This document shows positions 62,219 to 64,000 of a stretch of DNA of 64,000 nt, piece by piece. Below the pieces are notes generated by a model that saw nothing but the letters and a program-made list of their open reading frames with translations, did no database searches and was not told where the DNA came from. Source of the stretch: Polyangiaceae bacterium. Its GTDB lineage: Bacteria; Myxococcota_A; Polyangia; Polyangiales; Polyangiaceae. Location of the stretch: contig JBGANF010000034.1 of assembly GCA_044222475.1 (NCBI GenBank), forward strand, positions 1-64,000. The letters run 5' to 3'. A program made the position numbers and the translations under genes. Numbering within the stretch: the first letter of the stretch is position 1; every line of letters begins with the position of its first letter.

Positions 62219-63416
62219 GTCGGTCTTTCTCGTCCTCGTGGCCGCGCTCGTCGCGTGCAAGTCGACCGCGGCCGTCGACGCCGGCGTGGTCGACGCGGCG
62301 CCGAAGGTGCCCTCGGTCGCGGGGGCGACGAAGCTCGTCCTGCGCGACGTGTCGTCGTCGCACGGATCGGAGCACGACGTCGTGGTGGAGCTCGCGAAGG
62401 ACGGCGCCGAGGTGGCGTGGGTCGCGAAGCTCACCGATCGGGGCTACGCGCTCGGCGATCCGTCGCCCGATCCTGCGCTGCTCATGAGCAACGAGAAGGT
62501 GGAGGCGTGCGTGTGCCCCGTGCGCGACGCGTGCCCGTGCGAGGCGCCGCGCGGCGGCGAGGCGATCCGGAAGAGCGGGAAGATCCCCGCCGACGCGTTC
62601 GACGCGTTCGTCGCGCAGGTGGGTAAGGCGGAGAGCGCTCCGCCGATCGACGGCGACACGACCGACGGGCGCGTGCACGTCGCGCTGACGGTGCCGGGCG
62701 CAGCCGGGCCGGTGCACTTGAGCCGCCCGAACGAGGCGGCGTCGTGGACGCTGGACGGGATCGCGGTCGATCACAAAGCGCTGATCGACGCGGCGCTGAC
62801 GCGCTTGCTCGATGCGCTGGGTGAGCGCGCGTGGGTCGCGGCGATCCACCCGTTGCCCCCGATGGTCACGCCGCACGGTTGGGTGGACCTCGCAAAGGCG
62901 ACCGCGCTCGAGGTCGAGGACGACGGTCGCGCGGGCGAGGCGAGCTGGTCGATCCAGGTGCGGCTGGAGCGCAAAGGCGCCGGGTTCGAGTGGCGCGGCA
63001 AGTTCTCGAAGCGAGCGAACGCGCTGGGGAGCTCGACGCTCGATCGCTACGTCGACCATCGCACGCCGGCGTGCGTGTGCAGCGTCGACGCCATCTGCCC
63101 GTGCGAGGCGGAGAAGACGCCGGAGCGGCGAACCGGCACGGTGCCGGCGGCGGTGGTCGAGGCGTTCCTCGGGGATCTCGCGAAGCGGAGCCTGGGCAGC
63201 GCCGTGCTCGGGGGGTGGCCTTCGCCGGGCACCGAGGACTCGCCAGAGGGTCACGTGATCGTGTGGGTGCCCGGAGAGCCCGCGCCGCTGCACCTTTCGT
63301 ACGTGGACCCCAAGGTCGTTTGGGGCGTGAACGGGCGGCAGCTGGACGAGCCGAAGGACGCGAAGCGTGGAGCGTATCTCGCCCTGCTCGGCGCCCTGGG
63401 TGCGCCGAAACGTTAG
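62211..63416 (+). CDS. Lipoprotein with a tandemly duplicated domain, each copy carrying CxC-x5-CxC
   Basis: Lipobox LVAC; two similar halves about 188 aa apart. Confidence 0.75.
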   Translation: MRRSVFLVLVAALVACKSTAAVDAGVVDAAPKVPSVAGATKLVLRDVSSSHGSEHDVVVELAKDGAEVAWVAKLTDRGYALGDPSPDPALLMSNEKVEACVCPVRDACPCEAPRGGEAIRKSGKIPADAFDAFVAQVGKAESAPPIDGDTTDGRVHVALTVPGAAGPVHLSRPNEAASWTLDGIAVDHKALIDAALTRLLDALGERAWVAAIHPLPPMVTPHGWVDLAKATALEVEDDGRAGEASWSIQVRLERKGAGFEWRGKFSKRANALGSSTLDRYVDHRTPACVCSVDAICPCEAEKTPERRTGTVPAAVVEAFLGDLAKRSLGSAVLGGWPSPGTEDSPEGHVIVWVPGEPAPLHLSYVDPKVVWGVNGRQLDEPKDAKRGAYLALLGALGAPKR

Positions 63417-63420
63417 CCGG

Positions 63421-63837
63421 CTAGCGGTTCGCGAACAGGAGGCCGCAGCCGGTCACGAGGGCGACCGTGCCGATGATCGCCGCCAGGATGGCGCCGAAGT
63501 AGAGGTCGAGCGACGACTCGATCGTCCCAGCGGCCGGAGCGTTCGGCTCGTAGAGGATCGTGAGCGGCGTCCCGACGGGCCAGCGCTCGTCGGTTTGACC
63601 GACGCTCGACGTGATGCGGTAGGCGACGCCGTCGACCGCGTACTCGACGACGGGGTGCATCCGCCGATGGCGCTTCCGCGCCTTCATGGAGGAAGCGAAG
63701 CGGGTCGCGTGACCGACGACGGTGCCTTCCGCGCGGCTCGCTCGCTGGGCGAACATGCGGCGGGGGAGGAACAGCGCGAGCGCGAGGAGATACAGGAGCC
63801 CGCTCGGCACGAAGAAGACGAGCGGGCTCGGCGGCAT
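63421..63837 (-). CDS. DUF3592-like membrane protein
   Basis: TM - AEGTVV...PVVEY.VDG..Y...VG....I.Y.P..P - TM. Confidence 0.75.
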   Translation of the reverse strand: MPPSPLVFFVPSGLLYLLALALFLPRRMFAQRASRAEGTVVGHATRFASSMKARKRHRRMHPVVEYAVDGVAYRITSSVGQTDERWPVGTPLTILYEPNAPAAGTIESSLDLYFGAILAAIIGTVALVTGCGLLFANR

Positions 63838-63884
63838 GCGACGAGCGTAGTCGATCCGTCCGCGAGTGCTACATTCACCGCGCG

Positions 63885-64000
63885 ATGAGCGGAGACATCC
63901 GGCACCCCAGCTCGCGGACCTTCGTGCTCGCGTACGCCGTGCTCGTCGTCGTCTTCGCCGCGCTCGCGTGGCGCGGGGGCGTCGCCTCCGTCCTGTTCGC
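63885..64000 (+). CDS. 5' part of a membrane protein, truncated by the window end
   Basis: ATG at 63885 after TG-C-TACATT; frame stays open and hydrophobic to the edge. Confidence 0.5.
   Translation, partial: MSGDIRHPSSRTFVLAYAVLVVVFAALAWRGGVASVLF

Overview
A high-GC window from a myxobacterium. Gene content and protein style point to Myxococcota, most likely Polyangiales/Sorangiineae; this taxonomy is an inference. Bases 491-24238 hold an Agl-Glt gliding-motility cluster: a divergent cglC/gltK-like gene, then gltC-gltD-gltE-gltF-gltG, an unassigned TPR lipoprotein, and a 3802-aa gltI/agmK. Bases 24400-37500 hold an FHA-sigma54 activator, two parallel 'membrane protein with Pro/Thr tail + TPR-PEGA protein' modules (one with a Ser/Thr kinase, one without), an amidase and several Cys-rich lipoproteins. 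Bases 38560-41215 carry msrP next to an MsrQ fused to an FAD/NAD(P)H reductase and a 2Fe-2S ferredoxin. An accessory stretch at about 41-48 kb includes an orphan Hcp-family protein with an apparent Sec signal peptide. Housekeeping genes follow: cobA/hemD, hemB (carrying a 44-bp tandem duplication), ppa, ribE-ribB(X)-ribH-nusB and a NUDIX hydrolase. A dispersed set of period-6 intergenic repeats and several apparently leaderless promoters are also visible. I saw no rRNA, tRNA, CRISPR array or transposase. All family assignments come from motif recognition by eye, not from database searches.
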